The notes beneath the pieces are model-generated. The model did not search any database. It was not told the origin of the DNA and saw only the letters and a list, made by a program, of their open reading frames with translations. A DNA stretch of 63,815 bases, counting the filler, from Reticulomyxa filosa (taxonomy: Eukaryota; Protista; Foraminifera): NCBI GenBank assembly GCA_000512085.1. It is 17 parts of 17 records of this genome, joined end to end, with 100 filler letters (N's around TTAATTAATTAA, not from the genome) between each part and the next. Parts side by side here need not be neighbours in the genome. Positions count along the whole stretch, not along the records: positions 41,795 to 44,524 come from ASPP01012648.1; positions 44,625 to 51,851 come from ASPP01035642.1; positions 51,952 to 54,122 come from ASPP01004676.1; positions 54,223 to 58,185 come from ASPP01028363.1; 13 more parts are not named here. One strand, given 5' to 3'. The position numbers and the translations under genes are program-made. Below are positions 41,866 through 54,289 of the stretch, one piece after another; the first letter of the stretch is position 1, and each line of letters starts with the position of its first letter.

Positions 41866-43642
41866 TGTTTTTGCCCGCGCTTGGAGCGAAATGGCTTAGC
41901 AATTGCAAAGGCAAAGACCCGTGCGAATTGAACTATGTAGCCTACCAATTTTACGCGGCACTGTTCTTATCGTTGCGAGGGGTGATATCCTTTTTGTTTA
42001 TTGGTTGGATTGGTCATTGCAGTGACATGTATGGCCGTAAGATGTTCTTGTCCATGCATATCGTGACGAGTGCAATTCCGTTTGTGCCGTTTTTATTCGG
42101 CAAAAATATTTGGCCGTACTTTGGCCTGAGTTTGCTTATGGGTTTGAACGGCAGCAATAACTCAAGCACTCCCATTATGAACGCTTATGTTGCTGATATC
42201 TTGCCAGCTCATTTAAGAACCATGGGTTATAGTCTCATGTATTTGGCTGGTGGAATAGGCTTGCTTTTGGGTTCAGTTCCTCTATTGTCTCAAACTTTTT
42301 TTTTTTTTTATACGTGTTGCATTAAAAAAGGACCCCTTTTAATATTTTTGGCATATTCATTATATTATCATTGTTTACTTGTTGTTATTGCATTGGACGA
42401 AATGATAGGTGCCGCGACATCGATAATTCTGGGCAATTTGTGGGGTGATGTTGCCATCGTGGTTGCCATGCTTTTACTCTATTTCACTCAATTGGTTCTA
42501 CTTATTATATACTTGCAAGAGTCGCTCCCGGAAACACGCCATCAACATAAAATCAATAGAAGTGCCAATCCTATTAGTCCGCTTTTGCGGTCGAGGGAAA
42601 ATCCAATTGTCTTTTGGACATCCGTTATCCAGTTTCTCATCTCCTTGCCGGAAACAGGTGTGTTGGACACGATTATTCCGTACATTTTGGATCAGTTGGA
42701 GAAAAATGACACAAAAGAAGCCAACACTTTAACTGGATTGTTTCTGGTCGATTGTGCATTAGGCATGATGTTTGGCTCAGTTCTTTATTTATTTATTTTT
42801 TCTTTTTTTCTATTAAGAAAAAAAAATACAGTGAACATCCCTCCCTCCCCCCCCCCCTCTTCCGAAAATAGCTATCAATCTATAAATTTATATAATTTAT
42901 TTGCTTGCTGTTGTCATCATCGCCACTATTTTGTGATGATAGATCTTTTTGCTACCTTTCTTACGTCGCCGACAATATTCAGATTTAAACATTCTGTTAA
43001 TCGGTACATTACTGATCTCGATGTCGTTGTTTTTGGTGGCTTGTATCAGTTGGAGCCGCTCTATTGTGCTGGTGCTATTGTCTGGATTTGGCATCACTTG
43101 TGGAATGATCGCCTTTTCCGCATCCAGTGGAATTGTTTCCCGTTATTTGACAGGAGAAGAGCAAGGTCTTTTTGTTCTTTTCCCCATTCGCAAAAAACAT
43201 GCAATAATTTTTGTTTGTTTGTTTATATGGCGGGGGGAAATTGACAAAAGGTATCGGATTTGGAATTGTTTTTGCATGGAGAAGTCTTACGTTTTGCATT
43301 GCCCCTTTCTCCTTTGCGGCCATGTATAAGGGATTCAAGGCGGTTGGTTTCCCTGCCATGCCGTATATTATTGCCACATTAATGTGCTTATGTGCGGTAC
43401 CTATTATTACGAATCCTTTGGCAAAAATCCTTGCGATTACGCCAGATACAGAAAAAAAATTGAATTCTGCCATATTGCATCGCCCTTACCCAAGCGTTCC
43501 CGCTGGTAAGACAATTTTTTAATAACCTACTTTTTTTAGACTTAATAACTTAATCTTATCTTTTTGTACGAATGTTCTAGCTCACACCAAAGCCGAGAGC
43601 AATGATGTTCAGGCTCCCCTCGACGAAGATGCTATAAGATGA
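41866..43642 (+). CDS. Major facilitator superfamily transporter (TetA/MFSD14-like), 5'-truncated, multi-exon
   Basis: Motif A GHCSDMYGRK, AYVADI, LQESLP, ANPISPL, LPETG and EEQG, with many hydrophobic segments. Confidence 0.88.
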
Positions 43643-44678
43643 GCTCATACTTGTGACGTATTCAATCTCCGTTAGCAATCGCTTCGAAAGTTTACCTGTT
43701 TCGTTTTTTTTTCGTTTTATATTTTCGTTTGGTTAATTTGGGGGAATCCCTCCAGCCAATAATTGTAAAAATTGTTTGAGCATCAAAGCCATTGGAATGG
43801 GTAAAATTTTGTTAAAATCAATTTCTAAGCTTTATTTTGTTAACTTTTGTGGATCTCACAATTTTTAGCTTTCTGGTACATTTTTAAGTATATGCGGTCT
43901 ATAAATAACACAAAAATATATATAGTAATGAAAGGGAAACAGTTCAAAAATTTCCAAATGTATGGTAAATAATTACGAAAAACAAGATTGAAAAAAAAGA
44001 AACATTTGGTTTGTTGGCGTTGAGATTCTTTAACGGTAAATACCTTGCAAAAAATGACATTTATTATATACTAATAGTATGATGTAATTCATATTGACTT
44101 GTGACATTGGCGCTACATGTGAAAACAATGAGTATATGTATGTGAAGTCTCTGATCTTTGTTTTTTCTTAATATCTTTGCGGTCTTGAATATACACAAAG
44201 TTGGTACTGCTTTTGCGAAATTGAGCATAACCATACTTTTTCTGCAATCGCGCGCTTGAGATATCGTGCATATTTTATTCAACAGTATAAGTGTGAATCT
44301 TTTTGATTTTGTGCTTCCAAGTATCAAGACGATCTAGAAACTTCGACAGTTAGAATATTTCTTTAAATAGTTGATTTTTTAACATGAAAAATTTTTAATG
44401 TAAGCTAACGAATAATAGTATAAGTACTTGCGTTTAAAATTTCGTTATTCTTTCTTGTGATCGCTAGCTAGTGATACTGTCTGCAAACATAATTCTTTTC
44501 TTTTTCCTAAACAAAAAAATTTAANNNNNNNNNNNNNNNNNNNNNNNNNNNNNNNNNNNNNNNNNNNNTTAATTAATTAANNNNNNNNNNNNNNNNNNNN
44601 NNNNNNNNNNNNNNNNNNNNNNNNATCTTCACACCCTTTGTGCCAGTGAAAAAAAACTTTTTTGTACTAATTTACAAT

Positions 44679-46014
44679 ATGATCTGGCTACTTGTGCCTA
44701 TATTTTTTATTTTACTGGTAATTGGGTCTTGGTCAAAGCTCTCCTTGGATGACTTTCCAAATCCATTGAATGACCCATTGCAATGTGGAAATGTGGGACC
44801 TTCGTTTGTTTGTGATCCAGAACAACTTCTCAACAAGCAAAGTTTTGAGACGAAAGAGAGCGTGAGGAAAAAAAACAAAAAAAATCTTGTGAAATGGAAA
44901 TGATAGCGAAATATCAAATTGACAAGACAATATTGAAAATGAAGAATAAGATGAAGAGAATAGAATGTGGAAATGAAACCAAAGGAATGGAAATTGGGAT
45001 TGCGCTAATATCCAATTTTCATAAGTATAATTATAATAGCAAAAGCGATGAGGACATTCCAAGTTTGACAAAGCTGTACAGCAAACATATCCACGACAAG
45101 TGGGGTGTTGGTGACGCAAGATGTAATAATGGGATGATGATCTTGATAGCAATAGAGCACCGCTATTTGTACATTAGCACAGGAAGTGGTATCAAGGACA
45201 TAATCACGGAGTCTCTCATTCAAGATTATCTCATTCCAAATATAACGAAGCCTTTGATGAGAAATGGAGCCTACGGTCAGGCGATTATTGACGTTTTGTA
45301 TTCATTCCTTTATTTGTTCGTTTGTTTTTTTTTTTTAAAAAAATAGAGTGAATAGATAAAAAACAAATGTTAGCTTCTATCAGCGGTACGAGACGAAATC
45401 GAAGGGAAAAACAAAGTAATAGAGATACTGGTAGGAGTGGTAGCGTTTTACATCGCCTTTTATAAGCGCTATCGAAAATACAAACTCTCCAAAAAACTGA
45501 AAGAAATTTATCGCCAAACCAAAGATAGACATTTTTCTTCGACCAACTGTCCCATTTGCTTGGAAGATGCTGGAGGTACCAAAAGAGACAATCAGCTATT
45601 GCCGTGTGGACATTGCTTTTGCAGAGCTTGCTTGGTGTCGTGGATTCAAAAGGAGGGAACGGGCGAAAGATGCCCCATTTGTGACACTCATTCCTTTGCC
45701 GAGAAAAAGTATATTCCGCTATGGAGAAAAGAATTGCGCTTCCGATTGACGCGCTTGAAGGCGTGTTATGGTCATATCACAGACGAAATGGTGGATACAT
45801 GGTCCAATTCAGAGCCTCTCATCGATTTTTCTCTAGAAAATTTTGATTCGAAACCTCGTGTTCGTTCTTCCAAATCGTTTTATTCTGGTTCATCTAGTTA
45901 TGGAGGCGGGTCTTCCAGTGATGGAGGTTGGTTTTTTCTGTTTGTTTTTTTGTTAAAGAATGAAATAAATAAAACGTTATTTATATAAAAGGTGGTGGTG
46001 GTGGACGATGGTGA
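44679..46014 (+). CDS. TPM (MOLO-1-like) domain - TM - C3HC4 RING - Gly-rich tail protein, copy 1
   Basis: Signal peptide, FPNPLNDPLQCG..SFVCDPEQLL, HDKWGVGDARCNNGMMILIA...YISTGSG, CPIC...CGHCFCRAC...CPIC and SYGGGSSSDG|GGGGGRW. Confidence 0.88.
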
Positions 46015-47441
46015 TGATTTCCGTTTCGTACAGTAAGGCCTCTCTTTTGCCCAATGTTTTTTATTGTTTTTTATTGTTAATCATTTTCGACACTCTTTTT
46101 TTTATCTGGGAAAATTGTCTTGCAAGTGGGTGTATGTGTAGCAATTCTTTTTTTTGAAAGAATATTGTAATTGGAAAACCTTTTTTATCATCTTCGTCAG
46201 ATTATTATCGTTTATATTTAGTAGTTCTTATATTCAAGAAAGTATAAGTAGTAAATGATTCATCTGTCAGAAGTGGAAAAAAATATCAATTATCTCAGTA
46301 TCAGATATTTGTATTTTTGTTTATTTAGTATTTTTTTTTGTCTACACTGTTCGTTTAGTCAAATTACTTTTTGTCGTGTTTGAATGAACAAGAGCACGTG
46401 CAATTGACCGTGGAAATACAAAAGAAATATATACATTTTTAAAAGACTATTTATTGTTGTGAAAATGACGTGCAGAGATCGGGGAAAACAAAAAAAAAGC
46501 AATTTATTAATCACATTTTTGCAGCTTTCATTCGTTATGAAGAAGCAAAGCTAATTAATATGATTATAGTTTCTAATCATTAATAGAGACACGATCGTAG
46601 GTGACACAAATTGTATATACAGCGATCACAAACTGCATATATCAAATTCAAAGAACGATCGCTATTCCGTGTCGTCAGTTGATATATTTTGTGGCAAAAC
46701 ACTGTCAGGGAGAAACAAGACACACTTTTCAGACTTACAAATTTCAAGTACAATTCAATGGAATATCACAATCACATTTGCTCACTTAAAAACTTACATT
46801 TGTTATTTCAGCACCTTTTGGAAATACTTTTGTTGTTTTTACTATTGCACGAGTAACGCATTCAGAATGTAAGTTTTTTCTTTTGCTTCAAATTGTTCAA
46901 ATAAACATGCTTAATGTCATATATGCGTATATAAAAAATAAAAAAAGTTGGTTCATGTTATCAAATTGTGGAGGAAATTGAAGACAACTTCATATCAAAC
47001 AATGCAAAAATTGGGAGTTACTTGTTTGCTTCCGGATTTTAAACAAAAGATGTTTATATTTGGTAATGTCCAAAGAATTATTTCATTGACAAAGCAATCA
47101 CATTCATAAAACAGTCAATATCCCTTCGCACGTGCAAAGTCAGTATTTGTTGTCAATTATTTGGCGAAAATGTGTGGCAATATTATTGTCGTCATCGTGT
47201 TGAATGCGTAAGTCAATTTATTGATATTCCACAAAGATTGCATTGTCCACATTTGCATAGTTCCAAATTTGCTAAGTTAGTACATGCTACTGTATACTTG
47301 ATTAATATTGGATTTCAATATTACATACTATTTTGCCACGTATCATGCATCAATGTATCAACATTATCAATTAATTATAAGACACAAATTTGCATAATTA
47401 TAGCATTTTACAGTTTTCTGGTTATACACAAGATACAAATA

Positions 47442-49036
47442 TAGTAGGATAAAAAAGAAAATTGAAATCTAAAATGCCAACTTATATAGATTATTGTGTT
47501 TCTCCATGAAAAAACAACATTTAATAAAAAATTTTTTTTTAAAATATCTACGAATCTTGTAGTTTTTAAATATCATTTGGTTTTTATTAAGTCTTTATAA
47601 TTTTTTCTTTAAAAAAGTTGACAATCGTGTTTTTCTCGTAGTCATGAAATTTGACAATCTTTTTTAAACAATTTTTTGATATATTCCTTTTTTTTTTTTT
47701 GGTGTTCGATATTGATTTTTGTCATTTTGATTATTTTGTTGCCGAAATATTGATCGATATTTTGTTATAATATGAAAATATATCGATTGTTTTGTGAAAG
47801 GTCGTGCTGTTGAAATGGGTCAAGCTATCGTAAAGTGGCCAAAAAATTTTAAGTTAGCAATTAGTGTGTTAGTAAATCGTTTTTATCTTTTAAAAAAGAT
47901 AGTAGAATTTTGAAAAAACAACGCACTGGACATCTGCGAAACATACATTTAAGATTGCATAGTATTATTGTCAAATTGATGATAACTTGTAAGCATTTTA
48001 CATCAAGAGATGTTATAAGAGAAATGAAAATAAGAAATTTTGCTCATATTTCACTTTCGAAATTACAAATATGTTAAAGCAAAGTGGGCTAAGTGCTATT
48101 ATAAAACAGAAAAAACCATTGGTGACAATGAAACAAAAAAAAGGAAGATATGAATTTGCGTTAGAACACTAAAGTTGGACTGTTGAAGACTGGAAAAATG
48201 TTTTATTTTCAGATGAAAGCAGGATTAATTTAAATAGAAGTGATATTATAGATATTTATGGAAAAGACCAAGACAACATTAGATGAAAATTCCATAACAA
48301 GAAGAGAAAAATTTGGTGGTGGAAGCATTTTAGTCTGGTCATGTTTTGGAGCATTATGGACATGTTACGCTTGCAAGGCGGAAGGTGGAGTAAATACTGA
48401 TATATATAAAGAAATTTTATCTGACGAAATGCTAAAGAGCGTCAATTGATGCTTAGAAAATAAAAAAGATTGGATTTTCCAGCAAAACAATGCAACATGC
48501 CATAAATCGGAAAAAATTATGAAATGGTTCAAATAAAAAAAAATTAAAACAATGAATTTTCCTACAAATTCACCTGATTTAAATCCAATTGAAAATCTTT
48601 GGTGGATAGTAAAGACAAGGATTCACAAAAAGGATCATTTAATACTACAGAAGAACTTTGGAACTAATTTGAAATAAAATGGGAAAAAATAGAAACAAAC
48701 GTTTGCGAAACCTTAATAAAGTCGATGCCAAAAAGAATACATGTAGTTAAAAAAGCCAAAGGAAATTTAACAAGTTGTTAAACTTGAGTTAAATTTTAAA
48801 AAACAATCTTATCATAATCAGGCAACCACAAAAAAATTTTTTAAAGTAAATGAAAGAATAAATTTTTGAAAAAATAGTAAAGATTTAATAAAAAACCAAA
48901 ATGATATTTAAAAACTACACGATTCGTAGATATTTTTTTTTAAAAAATTTTGATTAAATGTTGTTTTTTCACGGAGAAACACAATCATCTATATAAGGTG
49001 GCATTTTAGGTGTCAACTTTCTTTTTTATCTTACTG
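47442..49036 (+). mobile_element. Full-length (about 1.6 kb) decayed Tc1-family transposon with about 160-bp TIRs and TA target duplication
   Basis: 47442-~47600 is the reverse complement of ~48878-49036, with TA on both flanks. Transposase remnants: KQKKPL, WTVEDWKNVLFSDESR, KFGGGSILVWSCF, FQQNNATCH and SPDLNPIENLW, with stops. Confidence 0.95.
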
Positions 49037-49322
49037 TATATTGAACAACAAAAAAATTAGATTGAGCAAAATGGAAATACTAACATACGAATACAAACAA
49101 ATTGTCCAAAAATCAATGCAAAAAGATGCAAGAAATTTGTATTAGACAATGGCCATCAATGATTGTGTAATATTGGCATCAATCTCAGGCAAAAACAGTA
49201 GACAAGCAGAATGAGAGTTGCCAACTAACTAAAACCAGGGATGTAGATGCTTCAATATTTGTTGGCATGCATCTTCACACCCTTTGTGCCAGTGAAAAAA
49301 AACTTTTTTGTACTTTTACAAT

Positions 49323-50807
49323 ATGATCAGGCTACTTGTGCCTATATTTTTTATTTTACTGGTAATTTGGCCTTGGTCAAAGCCCTCCTTGGATAACTTT
49401 CCAAATCCATTGCATGACCCGTCGCAATGTGGAAATATAGGGCCTTCGTTTGTTTGTGATCCAGAGCAACTCCTTAACAAGCAAAGTTTTGAGACGAAAG
49501 AGAGTTTGAGGGAAAAAAACAAAAAATCTTATGTGTGAAATGGAAATGATAGCAAAATATGAAATCGACATGACAATATTGAAAATGAAGGATGAGATGA
49601 AGAGAATAGAATGTGGAGATGAAACCAAAGGAATGGAAATTGGGATTGCGTTAATATCCAATTTTCGTAAGTATAAGTTTAATAGCAAAAGCGATGATGA
49701 CATTCCAAGCTTGACAAAGCTGTACAGCAAACGTATCCACGACAAGTGGGGTGTTGGTGACGCAAGATGTAACAATGGGATGGTGATCTTGATAGCAATA
49801 GAGCACCGCTATTTGTACATTAGCACAGGAAGTGGTATTAAGAGCACGATCACGGACTCTCTCATTGAAGATTGTCTCATCCCATATGTAATGGCGCCTT
49901 TGATGAGAAATAGAGCCTATGGTCAGGCGATTATTGACGTTTTGTATTTATTCCTTTATTTATTCGTCTGTGTTTCATTTACTCACTCTATTTTTTTTTT
50001 TTTTTTTTTTTTAAACAAATGTTAGCTTCTATCAGCGGTACGAGACGAAATCGAAGGGAAAAGCAGATTTCAGTTTTATCCAAGAGGAATGGCGGCGAAA
50101 ATTCAAAATACAGTAATAGAGATACTGACAGTAGTGTTGATATTAGTGCTGGTGATAGTACTGCCAATAGCGCTGATTATTCTAATGTTTTACCGTGCCT
50201 TTTGTGAACTCTATCAAAGATACAAATTCCCCCAAAAGCTGAACGAAATCTATTGCCAGGCCAAAGGTAGACATTTTTCTTCGACCAACTGTCCCATTTG
50301 CTTGGAAGATGCCGGAGGTACCAGAAGAGACAATCAGTTATTGCAGTGTGGACATTGCTTTTGCAGAGCTTGCTTGGCGTCGTGGATTCGAAAGGAGAGA
50401 ACGGGCGAAAGATGCCCCATTTGTGACACCCATTCTTTTGCCGAGGAAAACAATATTCCGCTATGGAGAAAAGAATTGCGCTTCCGATTGACGCGCTTGA
50501 AGGCGTGTTATGGTCATATCACAGACAAAATGGTGGATACATGGTCCAATTCAGAGCCTCTCATCAATTTTCCTCTAGAAAATGTTGATCCAAAACTTCC
50601 TTTTTTTTGTCTTTGTTCTCTTTTTTTTCTTCTTTGCTGTTTTTCTTCCAAATCGTCTAAGTCCAGCTCATCTTATTCCAGATCATCTAGTTATGGAGGC
50701 GGGTCTTCCAGTAACGGAGGTTGGTTTTTTCTGTTTGTTTTGTTGTTAAAGAACGAAACAAATAAAACATTATTTATATAAAAGGTGGTGGTGGTGGAGG
50801 ATGGTGA
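49323..50807 (+). CDS. TPM domain - TM - C3HC4 RING - Gly-rich tail protein, copy 2
   Basis: Close paralogue of 44679-46014 with the same exon layout, a longer TM (ILTVVLILVLVIVLPIALIILMFY) and a Cys/Phe-rich insert. Ends GGGGGGW. Confidence 0.88.
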
Positions 50808-51635
50808 TAATTTCCATTTCGTGCAGTAAGGCCTCTCTTTTGCTCAATGTTTTTTATTGTCATATTATTTTTTTATCTGAGAAAATTGTTGCGTGTGTTA
50901 GTATGTGCGTAGCAATTCTTTTTTTTGGAAAGATAGTGTAATTCCTTTTTTGGTCTTTGGCTAAACGCATTTTAGTTCTCCAAAATATTTTTAAATCTTT
51001 AGTGTTTGCACCAACAAAGACAAAAAAAGGCTGCTACACGCGTAGAATTTAAAGGCTCAAAAAAAAAAACTTACACAAACATTCAATAAGATTCGAATAT
51101 GATGCCATCTTCGTCAGACAGATGGTTATCGTTCATATTCAGCAGTTCTTATACCCAGGAAAGCATAATATAAGTGGTAAATGACTCATCTGTCAGAAGT
51201 GGAAAAAAATATCAACACTAACGAAGATTAGCAAAAGATTATCGAATTAAATAGTGTAACAAAAAACTAACAAGAAAAAGATAATGAAAAAGAAGCAGAA
51301 GCGCAAATGCAGGCACAAACAGAAGATGATAGACGAAAAAGAATTGAAAAAAGGATTGCAAAGTTGTCATAAGTTTATCGACAAAAAGTAATTTGGCTAA
51401 ACGAACAATGTGTACAAAAAAAATACTAAATAAACAAAAACGCAAATATCTGACATGAAACAATTGTTTGAATGAACAAGACAAATGTAGAAATACACAA
51501 AGAAATTTATTTTTTTTAAAAGGCTATTTATTGTTTGCAACTCTTGTGAAAAATGCGTGCAGAGATAGTGAAAACCAAAAAACAATTTATTATCACGTTT
51601 TTGTAGCTTTCATTCGTTATGAAGAAACAAAGCTA

Positions 51636-51851
51636 CAGTAAGTTGCAAAAAAAACTGAACACATAAAATGCCACCTTATGAAGATGATAGATTTTCTTAA
51701 TGAAAAATAAACATTTAAAGCTAATTTTTTTTTTAAATATCTACAAGTCTTGTAGTTTTTAAATATGACATTGATTTTTGAATAACTTTTTTTTAGGTTG
51801 GAGAAAAATATCATTCTTTCAAATGATTTTTTAAAATTTTGCAAGGCTGTA
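51636..51851 (+). mobile_element. Tc1-family left TIR, truncated by contig end
   Basis: TA-CAGTAAGTTGC...TAAAATGCCACCTTAT...ATATCTAC...TGTAGTTTTTAAATAT matches the TIR of 47442-49036. It is inserted at the AAAGCTA site that is empty in duplicate 1 (~46547-46553). Confidence 0.85.
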
Positions 51852-52959
51852 NNNNNNNNNNNNNNNNNNNNNNNNNNNNNNNNNNNNNNNNNNNNTTAAT
51901 TAATTAANNNNNNNNNNNNNNNNNNNNNNNNNNNNNNNNNNNNNNNNNNNNAATAGCTCAAATTTTCTAAGATTACGATGAGATGTGCATTTTGTAAAAG
52001 TGCAACAACTGCACAAAAAACTAAAGAAATGACAGCAGAATACGCCTCCATTATGACAAGAGTATCATAGTGATGGCCTTTATCCAAAGATACCCTGGGA
52101 ACAACCATAATGGTACTTGATAAAAACAAAGATTGGATGATGAAGAATTTGGCACGAAGAGAATAAGGATGCAAGACATTGTTCGTCCCACACATTAGTA
52201 CAAATCGTACATAAAGACACAAATAATTCATTATTCCCTCTTTGCTTTTTCATAAAAATGATAAACATCCACAAAGACCCCCAGCACATTAAATTGGATT
52301 ATCAACGCGATGGTTCATCATGTTTCATTTTTTTTCACAACGACGAAAACAGCAAGCTAATGGAAACGCGCTCCCATTGCTACAAAAATTAATTTTGTAT
52401 CACTTTTCTTTGTTCAATAGATTGAAGTCTTTCAATTACAGAAAAATAAAAAAATGTATTATTCGATCAATTTCAAGTATGTTTTTGTTCGACAGTTAAA
52501 AAAATATATATAAATACTTTTATACATGCACCTTTTTTTTTTGTCTACTGCGTCAACCAGTCCCGAGTCAAGACTTAATGGAAGCATCTAGTGGTGGAGA
52601 ACAATTACATGTTCCCAATGAAACGAATTTGGTGGAAAAAAGCGAGTTATCAGCTACGAAAGAAGCATGTACTGGACCTGACAAAAACTTGTTATCAACT
52701 GCAGTGGGAATCAGTGAAAGATAATTTGAATTTTTTGAGTTCGTATTATGATCCAATGTTGATTGAAGAAGAAAAGAAACACACATCAACGGATCAATAG
52801 GCGGAAATAGTAATGTGGAATAAAAATATCGTGATGACGATAAAAGCCCAACTGCATCACCAGCGTCGCAAATATCAAATGGTTCTGTCGCTGGTAACAA
52901 GTATTCATTTACAGTGCCAACAGGGACTTCATTTGTGAATTAAAGATTTCTCTGAAAAT

Positions 52960-54060
52960 TTGAAACATTGCATCCTCAAGGACTACCTCGTGTATATTTA
53001 TCAGATATTTATAAATTTGAGAAAAAGTTGGATGAAGAGTATTGCAAATTTTTTAATTCAAAAGCCAAGTTTATTGAGCTTCGAAACAAAAGTGAGATTC
53101 TTTCAAATAACAAGTTTAAAGAACTTATGGATGAAATCGAAGAAACAAAAGAAATACATGAACGATATGAAATTGAGCATATCTCACAATTATTTTTGAA
53201 AATTCAGTTATTGTCGTGTGGATTTAGTTCATGCTTTTAATAACAACCCTTCTTTATCACAAAAGCATCATTTGATTGCCCAATTATTAAATTGAGACGA
53301 AGCTATTTGGTACATTCGGTATCTGCTGGCCATTGTCAATCTGATCAAGCATGTGCAGATGGAATATTCGCGGCAACTGTTGCCAGATGAGTTACATAAA
53401 ATTCGCATCAGTGAAATATTGAAGCAGCAATATCAATGCAAAATATGGTGGAACTATATCCTACGCTGTTGGAACTACTTTGCATTGGATTGCGAAAAAC
53501 TGAAATATAACTGTCAAGATTTATCGATTGAGTATTTGTGCATTGTCGATTCCAACTCAAATAATTCTCAATTTAATATTTACAAAATAATTCAACTTTT
53601 GGAAACTCAACACAATAAATTTTTGAATGCGTTTCAACAATTCAAGCATTTATATATCCAAAAGGCTGAAGAAGAGAAACAAAACGTTTTGGAGCAAGAC
53701 AACTGGAAATACTTTTTTGATATCAGAAAAAATGACATTTGTGTTTCGATAAAAACATTTGGACGATATCATTCAACAAAGCACTCCAATGTTGCAATAT
53801 GGCCAAAACGACAAATTTAAATGTTTTGACTTAGCTTCCATTGAAAATGATATTTACCATGCCTTTGTTTGTAATCGACAACCGTTGACATTTGTTATTC
53901 CTTTATTCGAATATCGTAATGACCTTGATATTCACAGTTGCATTGCAACTATTGAATCACATCACGTAGTTCTCAAAGATGCATAATTTCAATCTTTTTG
54001 GAACCTGTCAGTTGCTTCATCTTTGGAAAAACAAAAAGCATTGGAGTTTTGTGGGTAATT
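52960..54060 (+). pseudogene. RNF213(mysterin)-like C-terminal region fragment, disrupted
   Basis: IIQLLETQHNKFL and LQYGQNDKFKCFDLASIENDIYHAFVCNRQPL resemble RNF213-family C-terminal motifs. In-frame stops and frameshifts are present. Confidence 0.5.
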
Positions 54061-54289
54061 GTTATTATTTTTAGTTAAGTTTTTTTTTTATTTTATATAA
54101 TAGGCCGAATTAAATGGATCCANNNNNNNNNNNNNNNNNNNNNNNNNNNNNNNNNNNNNNNNNNNNTTAATTAATTAANNNNNNNNNNNNNNNNNNNNNN
54201 NNNNNNNNNNNNNNNNNNNNNNTTTTTTTTTTTTTTTTATGTGACCATAATTATGTAAAAATAACATTGAATACAATTGACAAAAAAAA

